Shown: piece after piece, positions 18,701-27,113 of the stretch
How positions within the stretch are numbered: the stretch's first letter is position 1
Layout of the letters: each line of letters opens with the position of its first letter
Sequence record: LR999871
Reading direction: 5' to 3' (one strand)
Length of the DNA stretch: 64,000 nucleotides
Source of the DNA: Escherichia phage vB_Eco_Jura
The notes under the pieces: model-generated
Databases searched by the model: none
What the model saw: the letters and a program-made list of their open reading frames with translations, nothing else
What the model was told of the DNA's origin: nothing
Translations under genes and position numbers: made by a program

Positions 18701-20273
18701 CATCACGAATAGTAACTTCTGCTTCTGGTGCTTGAGCCATAGCTTCTTGTGCTGCCTGTGCAACATAGTCATCAGCAACAGGAGATGCTTCTTCATTCTG
18801 CTTCATAACCCGTTCACCACGAGCTACCAAAGTGTTCTTAATAGGAGAAACAACCTTACCTGCTACACTACCAGCAGCTTTAACACCAGCCATTGTGGTA
18901 CGCAATACAGGAGCAGTTGCAGCACCTGCTAAACGAGCAGCACCAGCCGGAGCCTGTACAACACCAGCAGAACCAAAGCCATAAAGAGCACCTAAACCAG
19001 CTTGTGTACCGACACCTTTAAGCAGGTCTTGGTTCTTATCAATGTTTTGTTGCTGTGCAATATTCTGAGCCAGTTGGCCTGTAGCACCCTGAACACCTTC
19101 TTCCACTGTTTCACGGGCAAGGTTCATACCTACAGCACCTAAAGAACCAGCACGGAAAGGAGCCATCTCAAAACGAGATACTAGAGGACCAGTTGCAGCA
19201 GCAATAGGTAATTGAATAGCAGCAGCAGTAAGACCAGTTTCAGATGCAGTCTGACGACGAGCCTGTTCTGGAGACATACCATCTTTAATATGTTGTTGAT
19301 AAACAGGAGACTTCTCTAAGTCTTTAAGACTCATCTTCATAATTTCATCAGCAGTTTGTTGGTATGCACCACCAGCTTCCATTGCACCAACACCAACCAT
19401 ACCTGGTGCAGCTCTGCCTACAGTAGAAGCAATACGAGCCAGTGACTGAGTACCAGTACCTGCATCAATAGCACCAGCCAATGCAGCACTACGAAGAGTA
19501 TTTGCTGGAACAACTGCTTTACCCAGTAAAGATGCACCCCTTAATACAGGACCAGCACCTAATAGAGAACCTACCCCTTCTGCTAACCCATCAGAAATAA
19601 TAGAGTCAGTTTGAGCAGCGTTCTCAATTGAACCTACAAAATCACGTCCAAATTTAGATAAGGAAGCTACTATGTCATTAGTGCCTTCTTTCTTATCTGT
19701 TTGATACTGACGTTCACTCTCTACTTCACTCATTAAGTTACGAGCAGCAAAGAGCTTACGTTTATCTTGTAATGCTTGGCTTTGGGTAGCATGGACAGCA
19801 TCATTAAACTTACTCAATTGTTGAGCAATGACAGCACCTGCATCATCGTTGAGTAAGCCTGCTCCAAGAGCACCAATGCCCCCAAGGGTATTAACAAAAC
19901 CAAGACCAACACCAGTAGCAATATCCCCCAGTTCTTCCCCAGGAGTTCTTGTAGTAATCGAATCATTGAATACTTGGTTCCCTGCATCAGCACGAGCGTT
20001 GATAAGTTGTAAGCCTTGCTCAACACCATACTTATTCATGATTTGCATTGGAGTCAGATTCATAAAATCTGATTGCACTGTCCCTGGTTCAAATGCATTA
20101 GCCCCAACATTACCAGTACGGGCAGCTTGCATTTGATAAGCAGCATCAGGAGAAACAAGAGGAGTAGTGACACCTTGTTCAGCTTTCTTCTGGGCGGTTG
20201 CAGTAGAGACGTCAACTTGCTTTGCATTGGTTACGCTGTCTGCGAACCCAGCCAGTCTATCAAATACTGACAT
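9771..20273 (-). CDS. virion-encapsidated giant RNA polymerase (N4 vRNAP-type), 3500 aa
   Basis: Track start 20291 is TTG inside the SD; first ATG at 20273 follows AGGAAA, giving exactly 3500 aa. Central region has T7-like motifs: EADGVTNGP (motif A-like), RGIAKNPLTITIYGSG (motif B, R-x3-K-x8-YG), IFDGMN (possible motif C). Confidence 0.85.
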   Translation of the reverse strand: MSVFDRLAGFADSVTNAKQVDVSTATAQKKAEQGVTTPLVSPDAAYQMQAARTGNVGANAFEPGTVQSDFMNLTPMQIMNKYGVEQGLQLINARADAGNQVFNDSITTRTPGEELGDIATGVGLGFVNTLGGIGALGAGLLNDDAGAVIAQQLSKFNDAVHATQSQALQDKRKLFAARNLMSEVESERQYQTDKKEGTNDIVASLSKFGRDFVGSIENAAQTDSIISDGLAEGVGSLLGAGPVLRGASLLGKAVVPANTLRSAALAGAIDAGTGTQSLARIASTVGRAAPGMVGVGAMEAGGAYQQTADEIMKMSLKDLEKSPVYQQHIKDGMSPEQARRQTASETGLTAAAIQLPIAAATGPLVSRFEMAPFRAGSLGAVGMNLARETVEEGVQGATGQLAQNIAQQQNIDKNQDLLKGVGTQAGLGALYGFGSAGVVQAPAGAARLAGAATAPVLRTTMAGVKAAGSVAGKVVSPIKNTLVARGERVMKQNEEASPVADDYVAQAAQEAMAQAPEAEVTIRDAVEATDATPEQKVAAHQYVSDLMNATRFNPENYQEAPEHIRNAVAGSTDQVQVIQKLADLVNTLDESNPQALMEAASYMYDAVSEFEQFINRDPAALDSIPKDSPAIELLNRYTNLTANIQNTPKVIGALNVINRMINESAQNGSLDVTEESSPQEMQNVALAAEVAPEKLNPESVNVVLKHAADGRIKLNNRQIAALQNAAAILKGAREYDAEAARLGLRPQDIVSKQIKTDESRTQEGQYSALQHANRIRSAYNSGNFELASAYLNDFMQFAQHMQNKVGALNEHLVTGNADKNKSVHYQALTADREWVRSRTGLGVNPYDTKSVKFAQQVALEAKTVADIANALASAYPELKVSHIKVTPLDSRLNAPAAEVVKAFRQGNRDVASSQQKADSVNQVKETPVTKQEPVTSTVQTKTPVSEPVKTEPTTKESRPQAIKEPVSQSEKRDVNLTNEDNIKQPTESVKETETSAKESTVTEELKEGIDAVYPSLVGTADSKAEGIKNYFKLSFTLPEEQKSRTVGSEAPLKDVAQALSSRARYELFTEKDVANPAFNGEVIKRYKELMEHGEGIADILRSRLAKFLNTKDVGKRFAQGTEANRWVGGKLLNIVEQDGDTFKYNEQLLQTAVLAGLQWRLTATSNTAIKDAKDVAAITGIDQALLPEGLVEQFDTGMTLTEAVSSLAQKIESYWGLSRNPNAPLGYTKGIPTAMAAEILAAFVESTDVVENIVDMSEIDPDNKKTIGLYTITELDSFDPINSFPTAIEEAVLVNPTEKMFFGDDIPPVANTQLRNPAVRNTPEQKAALKAEQATEFYVHTPMVQFYETLGKDRILELMGAGTLNKELLNDNHAKSLEGKNRSVEDSYNQLFSVIEQVRAQSEDISTVPIHYAYNMTRVGRMQMLGKYNPQSAKLVREAILPTKATLDLSNQNNEDFSAFQLGLAQALDIKVHTMTREVMSDELTKLLEGNLKPAIDMMVEFNTTGSLPENAVDVLNTALGDRKSFVALMALMEYSRYLVAEDKSAFVTPLYVEADGVTNGPINAMMLMTGGLFTPDWIRNIAKGGLFIGSPNKTMNEHRSTADNNDLYQASTNALMESLGKLRSNYASNMPIQSQIDSLLSLMDLFLPDINLGENGALELKRGIAKNPLTITIYGSGARGIAGKLVSSVTDAIYERMSDVLKARAKDPNISAAMAMFGKQAASEAHAEELLARFLKDMETLTSTVPVKRKGVLELQSTGAGAKGKINPKTYTIKGEQLKALQENMLHFFVEPLRNGITQTVGESLVYSTEQLQKATQIQSVVLEDMFKQRVQEKLAEKAKDPTWKKGDFLTQKELNDIQASLNNLAPMIETGSQTFYIAGSENAEVANQVLATNLDDRMRVPMSIYAPAQAGVAGIPFMTIGTGDGMMMQTLSTMKGAPKNTLKIFDGMNIGLNDITDASRKANEAVYTSWQGNPIKNVYESYAKFMKNVDFSKLSPEALEAIGKSALEYDQRENATVDDIANAASLIERNLRNIALGVDIRHKVLNKVNLSIDQMAAVGAPYQNNGKIDLSNMTPEQQADELNKLFREELEARKQKVAKAKAEVKEEIVSEKEPVNPDFGMVGREHKASGVRILSATAIRNLAKISNLPSTQAATLAEIQKSLAAKDYKIIYGTPTQVAEYARQKNVTELTSQEMEEAQAGNIYGWTNFDDKTIYLVSPSMETLIHELVHASTFEEVYSFYQGNEVSPTSKQAIENLEGLMEQFRSLDISKDSPEMREAYVDAIATIEGHLSNGFVDPAISKAAALNEFMAWGLANRALAAKQKRTSSLVQMVKDVYQAIKKLIWGRKQAPALGEDMFSNLLFNSAILMRSQPTTQAVAKDGTLFHSKAYGNNERLSQLNQTFDKLVTDYLRTDPVTEVERRGNVANALMSATRLVRDVQSRGFNMTAQEQSVFQMVTAALATEAAIDPHAMARAQELYTHVMKHLTVEHFMADPDSTNPADRYYAQQKYDTISGANLVEVDAKGRTSLLPTFLGLAMVNEELRSIIKEMPVPKADKKLGNDVDTLLTNAGTQVMESLNRRMAGDQKATNVQDSIDALSETIMAAALKRESFYDAVATPTGNFIDRANQYVMDSIERLSETVIEKADKVIANPSNVAAKGVAHLAKLTAAIASEKQGEIVAQGVMTAMNQGKVWQPFHDLVNDIVGRTKTNANVYDLIKLVKSQISQDRQQFREHLPTVIAGKFSRKLTDTEWSAMHTGLGKTDLAVLRETMSMAEIRDLLSSSKKVKDEISTLEKEIQNQAGRNWNLVQKKSKQLAQYMITGEVGNNLLRNAHAISRLLGERITNSPVADVAAIDKLTTLYSLELMNKSDRDLLSELAQSEVEGMEFSIAYMVGQRTEEMRKAKGDNRTLLNHFKGYIPVENQQGVNLIIADDKEFAKLNSQSFTRIGTYQGSTGFRTGSKGYYFSPVAARAPYSQGILQNVRNTAGGVDIGTGFTLGTMVAGRITDKPTVERITKALAKGERGREPLMPIYNSKGQVVAYEQSVDPNMLKHLNQDNHFAKMVGVWRGRQVEEAKAQRFNDILIEQLHAMYEKDIKDSSANKSQYVNLLGKIDDPVLADAINLMNIETRRKAEELFGKDELWVRRDMLNDALGYRAASIGDVWTGNSRWSPSTLDTVKKMFLGAFGNKAYHVVMNAENTIQNLVKDAKTVIVVKSVVVPAVNFLANIYQMIGRGVPVKDIAVNIPRKTSEINQYIKSRLRQIDAEAELRAAEGNPNLVRKLKTEIQSITDSHRRMSIWPLIEAGEFSSIADAGISRDDLLVAEGKIHEYMEKLANKLPEKVRNAGRYALIAKDTALFQGIQKTVEYSDFIAKAIIYDDLVKRKKKSSSEALGQVTEEFVNYDRLPGRFRGYMESMGLMWFYNFKIRSIKVAMSMIRNNPVHSLIATVVPAPAMFGNVGLPIQDNMLTMLAEGRLDYSLGFGQGLRAPTLNPWFNLTH

Positions 20274-20336
20274 AGTAGGTTTCCTATACAAACTTATATC
20301 TATTAGAAATCACACTATACCTAGTGTAAGGACGAG

Positions 20337-20355
20337 AAAAAAGCCCCGAAGGGCT
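20337..20355 (-). terminator. terminator/attenuator upstream of the vRNAP gene
   Basis: Stem AGCCC/GGGCT with loop CGAA, followed on the minus strand by TTTTT; lies between the 20374 stop and the vRNAP start. Confidence 0.5.
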
Positions 20356-20373
20356 TTTGTATTATGGTAGAAA

Positions 20374-22308
20374 TTAACGAGGAAATATATCAGGGATACC
20401 CAATCGACGCCCGGCATCTCTGCCTAAACTTCTCCGGTTTGCCTCGCTCTCTTCCTGTTTAATATTTTGTAGGCTCTTAATATCCAAATTCTGAGGGTCA
20501 GCAGCTACAGCACTACGAGCACCATCAAGAAGACGTTTAGCAGTGTTAACTCGCTCCTGATAGCGAGGTAGTACACTTCTAAGGTTTTCCTGACCGGTTT
20601 GAATACGACGCTGTACTTCACGTAAATCAGCAAGTGCAGTATCTAACGTATTCTGTGCTGCATAGATGTTTGATTGAATTTGTGCAGTAAGCTGATTACG
20701 AGCATTCTGTTCAATAGCAGTACCAGTAGTTGCAAGTTTTGCATTTGCTTCTACGGCTGCTTTATCCAGTTGGTAATCACCACCCAAATCAATAACATCA
20801 GTATCAAAGGCATTTCGAATACCACTAAACCATCCCTCTGGTTTACCAGTGATACTACGTTGAATGATTGCTCCTGCCATAGCGGGAGAAATAGCATTCT
20901 GTTTTGCTACCTCATTGATTTGTCGAACCAGTGCACCTTGGTTAATACCTTTCAATTCGTTGCTATCAATAATACGTTTAGCTACCTGACCAGTCGTAGA
21001 AGGGTCAACAGTAGCTGCTTGGTATTCTGGCAGCAGAGTATTACCAATATTCTGCATATTACGAGTACCAACAGTATTACCAGCAACAGAAGTGAATGCT
21101 TGTTCCTGTAATGGATTAATAGAATTACCTGTTTCTGCTTGAGCAATGTAATCCTTCATTTCATCCCATGACAAGTTCTTATAAGCACCAGGAGTATCAT
21201 CTGGTAAAGCAGCCCATGTACTCTTCAAATTACCATTCTTACGAGCATTAAAAATAGCTTCACCCAGTTTGTCTTGGTTTTCTGGAGACATAGGAATGTT
21301 CTGCCAATCTTCACCAAATACCTTTGGAGCAAAGTCTTTAAGGGTATCTTGGTTAATCTGGTATGCACCAACAGGAGAAGCACCTAGTGTCTTCTTCATA
21401 GTGTCTTGATGCTGAACCACCTCACCTAAGTTCATCTGAGTAATAGGTACATCAGTTGGTGTGAACTTATAGGTAGTGTCATATGCAGAACCATTCCGAG
21501 TACCCTGAGTACCAGGAGGAGATAGAGATGCAGAACCAGTTCCCGGAGTATATGCACCTGGATATGCTCTATCTAACTGAGATAGTGCACGACTTACTGC
21601 TCCTGGTGACATTTGGTCGAACGTACCCTCTGCAAGCATACGAGCATCGTCAGAACTGTATGCACCACGACGAATATTATTCAGTAACTGCATAGCAGCC
21701 TGAGTATCCGCATCGTTACGCATATCAACACCTAAGTCGAATAAGCTACGACGTTGACCAATACCAGCAGTACCCTGTCCTTGAAGGTTGTTCATGTAGT
21801 CCATAACAACACCAGCAGGAAGGGTTTTTAATACATCCCCATACTGAGCCTGTGCTGCCTGAACCTTTCTTGGGTCACCAGATTGATAAGCCAGAGCCAA
21901 TTCCTGTAATGCAGGGGCAGCAGCATCAGTAGCTGCATTTACCTTCATGGTTCTGTCATTACTGTATCGAGTGAAATCCAGATTTTGTTGTTTAGATGCT
22001 TGGTCTAACAGATTGCCAGCACGATTATCTAAGTTCTCCATAGTACGAGAAGAAATTAGAGAAGGGTCATAGCCAGCAAATAATGCTCCAGAAGCTAAGG
22101 CATTACGATACTCATTAGGGTCTTGGTAGCGCATGGCTTCAGCCATAATTGCATCACCAGCTTGCTGTCTTGCAGAGTTTCGAAAATCACCTAATGCATT
22201 ACTCAATCCGGCAGTGGCATTACCCAGCATATTGGAGAAAGTACGAATACTATCCCCAACACCAGAGAAAGAAGGAGCATCAACATTACGCCATGTAATT
22301 TGAGCCAT
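20374..22308 (-). CDS. structural-module protein (644 aa), function unknown
   Basis: ATG preceded by AAGAGG; Gly/Ala/Gln-rich; a GAYQIN segment faintly recalls a transglycosylase motif. Position suggests a virion/internal protein. Confidence 0.6.
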   Translation of the reverse strand: MAQITWRNVDAPSFSGVGDSIRTFSNMLGNATAGLSNALGDFRNSARQQAGDAIMAEAMRYQDPNEYRNALASGALFAGYDPSLISSRTMENLDNRAGNLLDQASKQQNLDFTRYSNDRTMKVNAATDAAAPALQELALAYQSGDPRKVQAAQAQYGDVLKTLPAGVVMDYMNNLQGQGTAGIGQRRSLFDLGVDMRNDADTQAAMQLLNNIRRGAYSSDDARMLAEGTFDQMSPGAVSRALSQLDRAYPGAYTPGTGSASLSPPGTQGTRNGSAYDTTYKFTPTDVPITQMNLGEVVQHQDTMKKTLGASPVGAYQINQDTLKDFAPKVFGEDWQNIPMSPENQDKLGEAIFNARKNGNLKSTWAALPDDTPGAYKNLSWDEMKDYIAQAETGNSINPLQEQAFTSVAGNTVGTRNMQNIGNTLLPEYQAATVDPSTTGQVAKRIIDSNELKGINQGALVRQINEVAKQNAISPAMAGAIIQRSITGKPEGWFSGIRNAFDTDVIDLGGDYQLDKAAVEANAKLATTGTAIEQNARNQLTAQIQSNIYAAQNTLDTALADLREVQRRIQTGQENLRSVLPRYQERVNTAKRLLDGARSAVAADPQNLDIKSLQNIKQEESEANRRSLGRDAGRRLGIPDIFPR

Positions 22309-22318
22309 GTGATACCTC

Positions 22319-22771
22319 TTAACGAGTTAAGCGATTAGCTGCAATGTAAGCATCAGCCGTAGATTGGTCACGATTTTCTGCAACAGCACGACTACGAGCA
22401 CGGTCTTCCAGAGCAGTGTTATAGGACTTAATCTGGTTATTCAGATTAGTGTTAGTAACATCTTTAGCAAAAGAGAACTGATTCTTAGCTAACTTGTTAG
22501 CCTGTAATGCACCATAGATATTACCCAGTGCATTAAGACCACCTAACCCCAACTGGAAGGTAGGAATGTTCAGACCCAGTTGGTCAGTAAGCCCTTGAGT
22601 CTGTCCACCGGTATTCCCTGTAGCACCACCAGTAATGTTCTGAAGCCAGTCATTACTAAGGATGCCGGATTGCATAGGGTTATAGTTCATGGTTGGGGTA
22701 TTAAAGGAACCATATCCATAGCCAAAATTGCTTTGTGCAGATGGGGTTCCAAAAAGGAAATTAGTATCCAT
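22319..22771 (-). CDS. structural-module protein (150 aa), Gly/Asn/Thr-rich
   Basis: ATG preceded by AGGAGAA; low-complexity G/N/T-rich sequence. Confidence 0.6.
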   Translation of the reverse strand: MDTNFLFGTPSAQSNFGYGYGSFNTPTMNYNPMQSGILSNDWLQNITGGATGNTGGQTQGLTDQLGLNIPTFQLGLGGLNALGNIYGALQANKLAKNQFSFAKDVTNTNLNNQIKSYNTALEDRARSRAVAENRDQSTADAYIAANRLTR

Positions 22772-22784
22772 AAGGATTCTCCTG

Positions 22785-25442
22785 TTACGTATCTAAATCA
22801 AGCTGCAACGTTATATCTGCAAAGTTGGTAATCATGTTGTTAGACATATCAGCTATATCATGACCAGTCATAAGAGTACGGCTAAGGAATGAATCCAGTG
22901 GTTCAAATTGTTGGCCTACATTAGTTAGGTTCATTGGGTCAATGTAACCCATGCCCTCAGTGCCAAACATTTCCTCGTACTTTTCCTGAATGGTTTTCAT
23001 CTGGTCACGGTACTCTGCCATAAGTTTCTCTGTCTTTTTGACAGTTTCCATAGCAGAAGCATTGATGTAATCACTTATGCCATTTCCTACAGATGAAGTG
23101 AGTTTAATGATGTTGTCTGCTTTCATCATTTCACCCAGCATCGTAGACATGGATGAACCAGTGGATAAAGCTGTGCCGACATTCATGGCTACCATAGAGG
23201 CAATAGTAGCAACAATGATTCCAATCTTATCCCCAAGTAGACTAACAGAGACTGTTTGAATAATGGACATCAGAATCATAGCTGCAATGGCATTAGCCAC
23301 AGCCCCAACGATAATAGCAGCTAACCCTGCAAAACCTAATGCAGCACCAATAGAAGCAGCAGTACCCATTACCCCAGCACCAGCAGCAGGGGTAAAGAAC
23401 ACAGACACTACTACTGCAACAACAACCACTACTACTTTAAAGATGCCAGACTGATACCATTTCTTCTTAACTTTCTTATATGAGTTAAGAACCAGATAAC
23501 AACATGCTGTAGATAACTGAGTACCATTTACCAAAGACATACTACGGTAAATGTTGTTATGAAGAGGGATGATAAATCCAGACTCTTCATCATCATTTAG
23601 TGCATCTACACCAGAAATGCTTACAGATTTATTCTTGTAAACATTATTGTTATGGTTCAGGCCATAGACAGAAATCTTCCTCCATGAATTATCCCCATCC
23701 TGCCAATACATTGTTATCTTATCTAGCCTGTAGATAGTAAACCCAACTTTGTCATTACCCTTTTCAGAGTACATAACAGCTTTCTGCATAAGGACTACAG
23801 TACCTTCATAAGCAAACTTGAGCTGCCCTTTCTTGGCTCCAGAGAATGCTTTACCTGAACCAACGGACTCTTCAATGAAGTTCCAACTAATAGTCATGTT
23901 GTAACGGTATCCACCGTTAGAACGGATATTAATGGATTTAGAAGGTATTGTTGGGTATACGGGTCTTTTAGGGGGCTTCCCTATGGGAATATCCCTATTA
24001 CCACTACGAGATTCCCACCATTCCTGGTAAGCATCAAAGTCCCTGTTAGCCTGAGCAAAGCCTTCTACCAAAGCATCCATAGTTGGGTAGTTTGGGTCAG
24101 CAGGCATTGACTGATTCACTAACTGGAAGAATCTGTAGATGTACTCTTTAGCTGTATTTTCAGGGCTATTAAGAGAACAACCAAATACAGCATAGATATA
24201 CTGAATATCACCAATATCTTTGTTCTTCTTCAGGTCATCCATAATGTCAGAAATCTTACCCCCTGTAGCCTTCTTAAAGGCTTTCTTACAAAGAGTATAT
24301 GTAGAACCAGAAATCCAGTTCTTATCACTACGGATAGGGATGAATGAATAGAATCTGTTATTGGTCGTCTTATTAATAAACAGAGCATCAAGGACGGCAT
24401 TACCACTGTTCTGTTTATAAATAAACAATTGAGGCATACCACCAGCAGACATAGTAGTAACTACATCTGTATTCTGATAAGACCATGTATAACCTAAAGT
24501 ATCTGTAGTTACTGTAGTAGTTCTGGTTTCAGTAACCCCACCACCTAAATCAATAACTTCAGTGTTTGTAGTGGAACCAGTGGATACAGTGCCAGTCTGT
24601 ACCTGGGTCATTGTAGTCTTACGAATAATGATTAAGCCTACTTCACTTGGTTCACGAAATTCTTTCTCGTAAACATCTGAGAAATTAGTCCAACTAACCT
24701 GTTCTTCTTCAGTATTGGTACTTTCCTCATCAGGTCTGCCATCAGAGAATACACTCTTAATATGAGTAACTGTCTTCAGGGTAGCTGACTTAGGAGTATG
24801 GTTCTGAGATACCTGAGTCCATTCAGAAGTAGAAGGTAAGTCATCAGCAGATGATACAGATACAGCAGGGTGAACCACTGGGTCTGCAACACTAGTAGGC
24901 TGTATGTAGTAATAGTTCACATACAGATACATTGCATCCTGACTGAAATTCTCTGGGTAAAAGGATAACTCACTACCATCAGTAGCAGTGAGTACAATCC
25001 TGTCATCATCCATGATGTCTATTTCAAACTCTTCAGTAATACGGTCTGGATAATTCTCATAGAGGAATTTATCAGCCCATTCCTCAAAATCACCAAATCC
25101 AATCCTACTGCTCTGAACCTGTACCTCATAACCTGCTTTTTGAGGAACTTGCCATTTAACTACTTCAGGGTCTATCTGAGACAGTATTGACAAGTTCCCG
25201 TAAGCAATACCAATTGAAGGGTCATAGTTAGTTGCAGCCCAACCAGGGAATCTACGTAAACGAATACCAGGTCCATTTAAATAAGAGTCAGTGATGGTAT
25301 CACCCATACTAAAGTCAGATTTACTGACGATGTTACCAATCACCGTAGTCTTTAAATAATTTGGACGTTTATGTATATCCCCTGCCAAATTGTAGACAGA
25401 GGATGCTACGTAGATTTTAGTCTTACTGCTAAACAGTCCCAT
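22785..25442 (-). CDS. large virion protein (885 aa) with a cluster of predicted transmembrane helices
   Basis: ATG right after the upstream stop. About 120 residues of consecutive hydrophobic segments (VVVVVAVVVSVFF...AGLAAIIVGAVANAIAAMILMSIIQ...IIVATIASMVAMNVGTAL), as in ejection/channel proteins. Confidence 0.65.
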   Translation of the reverse strand: MGLFSSKTKIYVASSVYNLAGDIHKRPNYLKTTVIGNIVSKSDFSMGDTITDSYLNGPGIRLRRFPGWAATNYDPSIGIAYGNLSILSQIDPEVVKWQVPQKAGYEVQVQSSRIGFGDFEEWADKFLYENYPDRITEEFEIDIMDDDRIVLTATDGSELSFYPENFSQDAMYLYVNYYYIQPTSVADPVVHPAVSVSSADDLPSTSEWTQVSQNHTPKSATLKTVTHIKSVFSDGRPDEESTNTEEEQVSWTNFSDVYEKEFREPSEVGLIIIRKTTMTQVQTGTVSTGSTTNTEVIDLGGGVTETRTTTVTTDTLGYTWSYQNTDVVTTMSAGGMPQLFIYKQNSGNAVLDALFINKTTNNRFYSFIPIRSDKNWISGSTYTLCKKAFKKATGGKISDIMDDLKKNKDIGDIQYIYAVFGCSLNSPENTAKEYIYRFFQLVNQSMPADPNYPTMDALVEGFAQANRDFDAYQEWWESRSGNRDIPIGKPPKRPVYPTIPSKSINIRSNGGYRYNMTISWNFIEESVGSGKAFSGAKKGQLKFAYEGTVVLMQKAVMYSEKGNDKVGFTIYRLDKITMYWQDGDNSWRKISVYGLNHNNNVYKNKSVSISGVDALNDDEESGFIIPLHNNIYRSMSLVNGTQLSTACCYLVLNSYKKVKKKWYQSGIFKVVVVVVAVVVSVFFTPAAGAGVMGTAASIGAALGFAGLAAIIVGAVANAIAAMILMSIIQTVSVSLLGDKIGIIVATIASMVAMNVGTALSTGSSMSTMLGEMMKADNIIKLTSSVGNGISDYINASAMETVKKTEKLMAEYRDQMKTIQEKYEEMFGTEGMGYIDPMNLTNVGQQFEPLDSFLSRTLMTGHDIADMSNNMITNFADITLQLDLDT

Positions 25443-25445
25443 GTA

Positions 25446-26354
<909 letters not shown>

Positions 26355-26424
26355 TCATTGGTTCATTAAAAGAAAACGGCTCACGGTTTTACCCAGTGAG
26401 CCGTGCTGACTTACAGATTAACTC

Positions 26425-27051
26425 TTATTGCGAGTCTACGCTACCAGCAGCAATCTGAGCAGCAGCCAGAGTTTGCAATTCTTCCTTAGTCAGTGGAGGC
26501 AGAACTTCAATGGCAAACTCACGTACCCATGCAGACGTAATATTAGGCTGACCATTCTTACCTTTGGTAACTCGAATGTTCAGGAACTTACGTTCTTTGA
26601 GGAAGTTATAAATACAGTAAGGGATGTGATAGCCCTCATCAGTAGCTTCACCAAATGGAACGAATTTACGAACAGTACCAATATATTCGTTAGCTACTGT
26701 AATAATCTCACCAGGCAGGTCTTTCTTCTTAGGGTCAAGGTTCTGAATACGTACTCGAACCAGCTTTAATTGTTCTAAGCGTTGCTGGTGACGTAAAGAA
26801 GTTGCCGTAGTTACTGTACCTGTAGACAGAGCCAGAGGATTAGGCTGAGGTTCTACTGGTTCCTGAGCTTTATTTTCCTGTGCTGCTTCAATCTTCTTAC
26901 GAAGAGTTTCAGCACTAATATTATTTGAGTATGAAATACCCATCATATTAGCTCGTTGTTTCAGCAGAGAAAGTTCATCAACCTTAACTTCATCAACGGT
27001 GTCATCGTTGCCCTGAGTTAAATCAGCGGTCGGTTTATCGTTAATGCTCAT
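26425..27051 (-). CDS. head-assembly module protein (208 aa)
   Basis: ATG immediately downstream of the post-capsid hairpin; function unknown. Confidence 0.6.
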   Translation of the reverse strand: MSINDKPTADLTQGNDDTVDEVKVDELSLLKQRANMMGISYSNNISAETLRKKIEAAQENKAQEPVEPQPNPLALSTGTVTTATSLRHQQRLEQLKLVRVRIQNLDPKKKDLPGEIITVANEYIGTVRKFVPFGEATDEGYHIPYCIYNFLKERKFLNIRVTKGKNGQPNITSAWVREFAIEVLPPLTKEELQTLAAAQIAAGSVDSQ

Positions 27052-27077
27052 GTGTATATATCCTATTCATAAAGTAA

Positions 27078-27095
27078 GGGGAGGTTTCCCTCCCC
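27078..27095 (-). terminator. hairpin/attenuator just after the major capsid gene
   Basis: Stem GGGGAGG/CCTCCCC with loop TTTC, 18 nt after the capsid gene stop; modest T-rich tail on the minus strand. Confidence 0.4.
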
Positions 27096-27113
27096 CTGAT
27101 GTTAGCCCAACTA

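Noticed and set aside
9942-20270. Numerous 60-140 aa plus-strand ORFs inside the vRNAP gene (for example 13398-13784, 17628-18044, 20674-21111)
   Set aside because: Antisense shadow frames within long minus-strand coding regions; no start signals and no recognisable motifs.
9771-20291. Longer vRNAP ORF starting at 20291, and similar maximal starts at 43499, 32766, 4605, 45493, 45976, 53935, 59276, 59700, 60962
   Set aside because: The first codon is TTG (or another alternative start) located inside or upstream of the Shine-Dalgarno sequence; the first in-frame ATG downstream has proper SD spacing, so the shorter ORFs were called.
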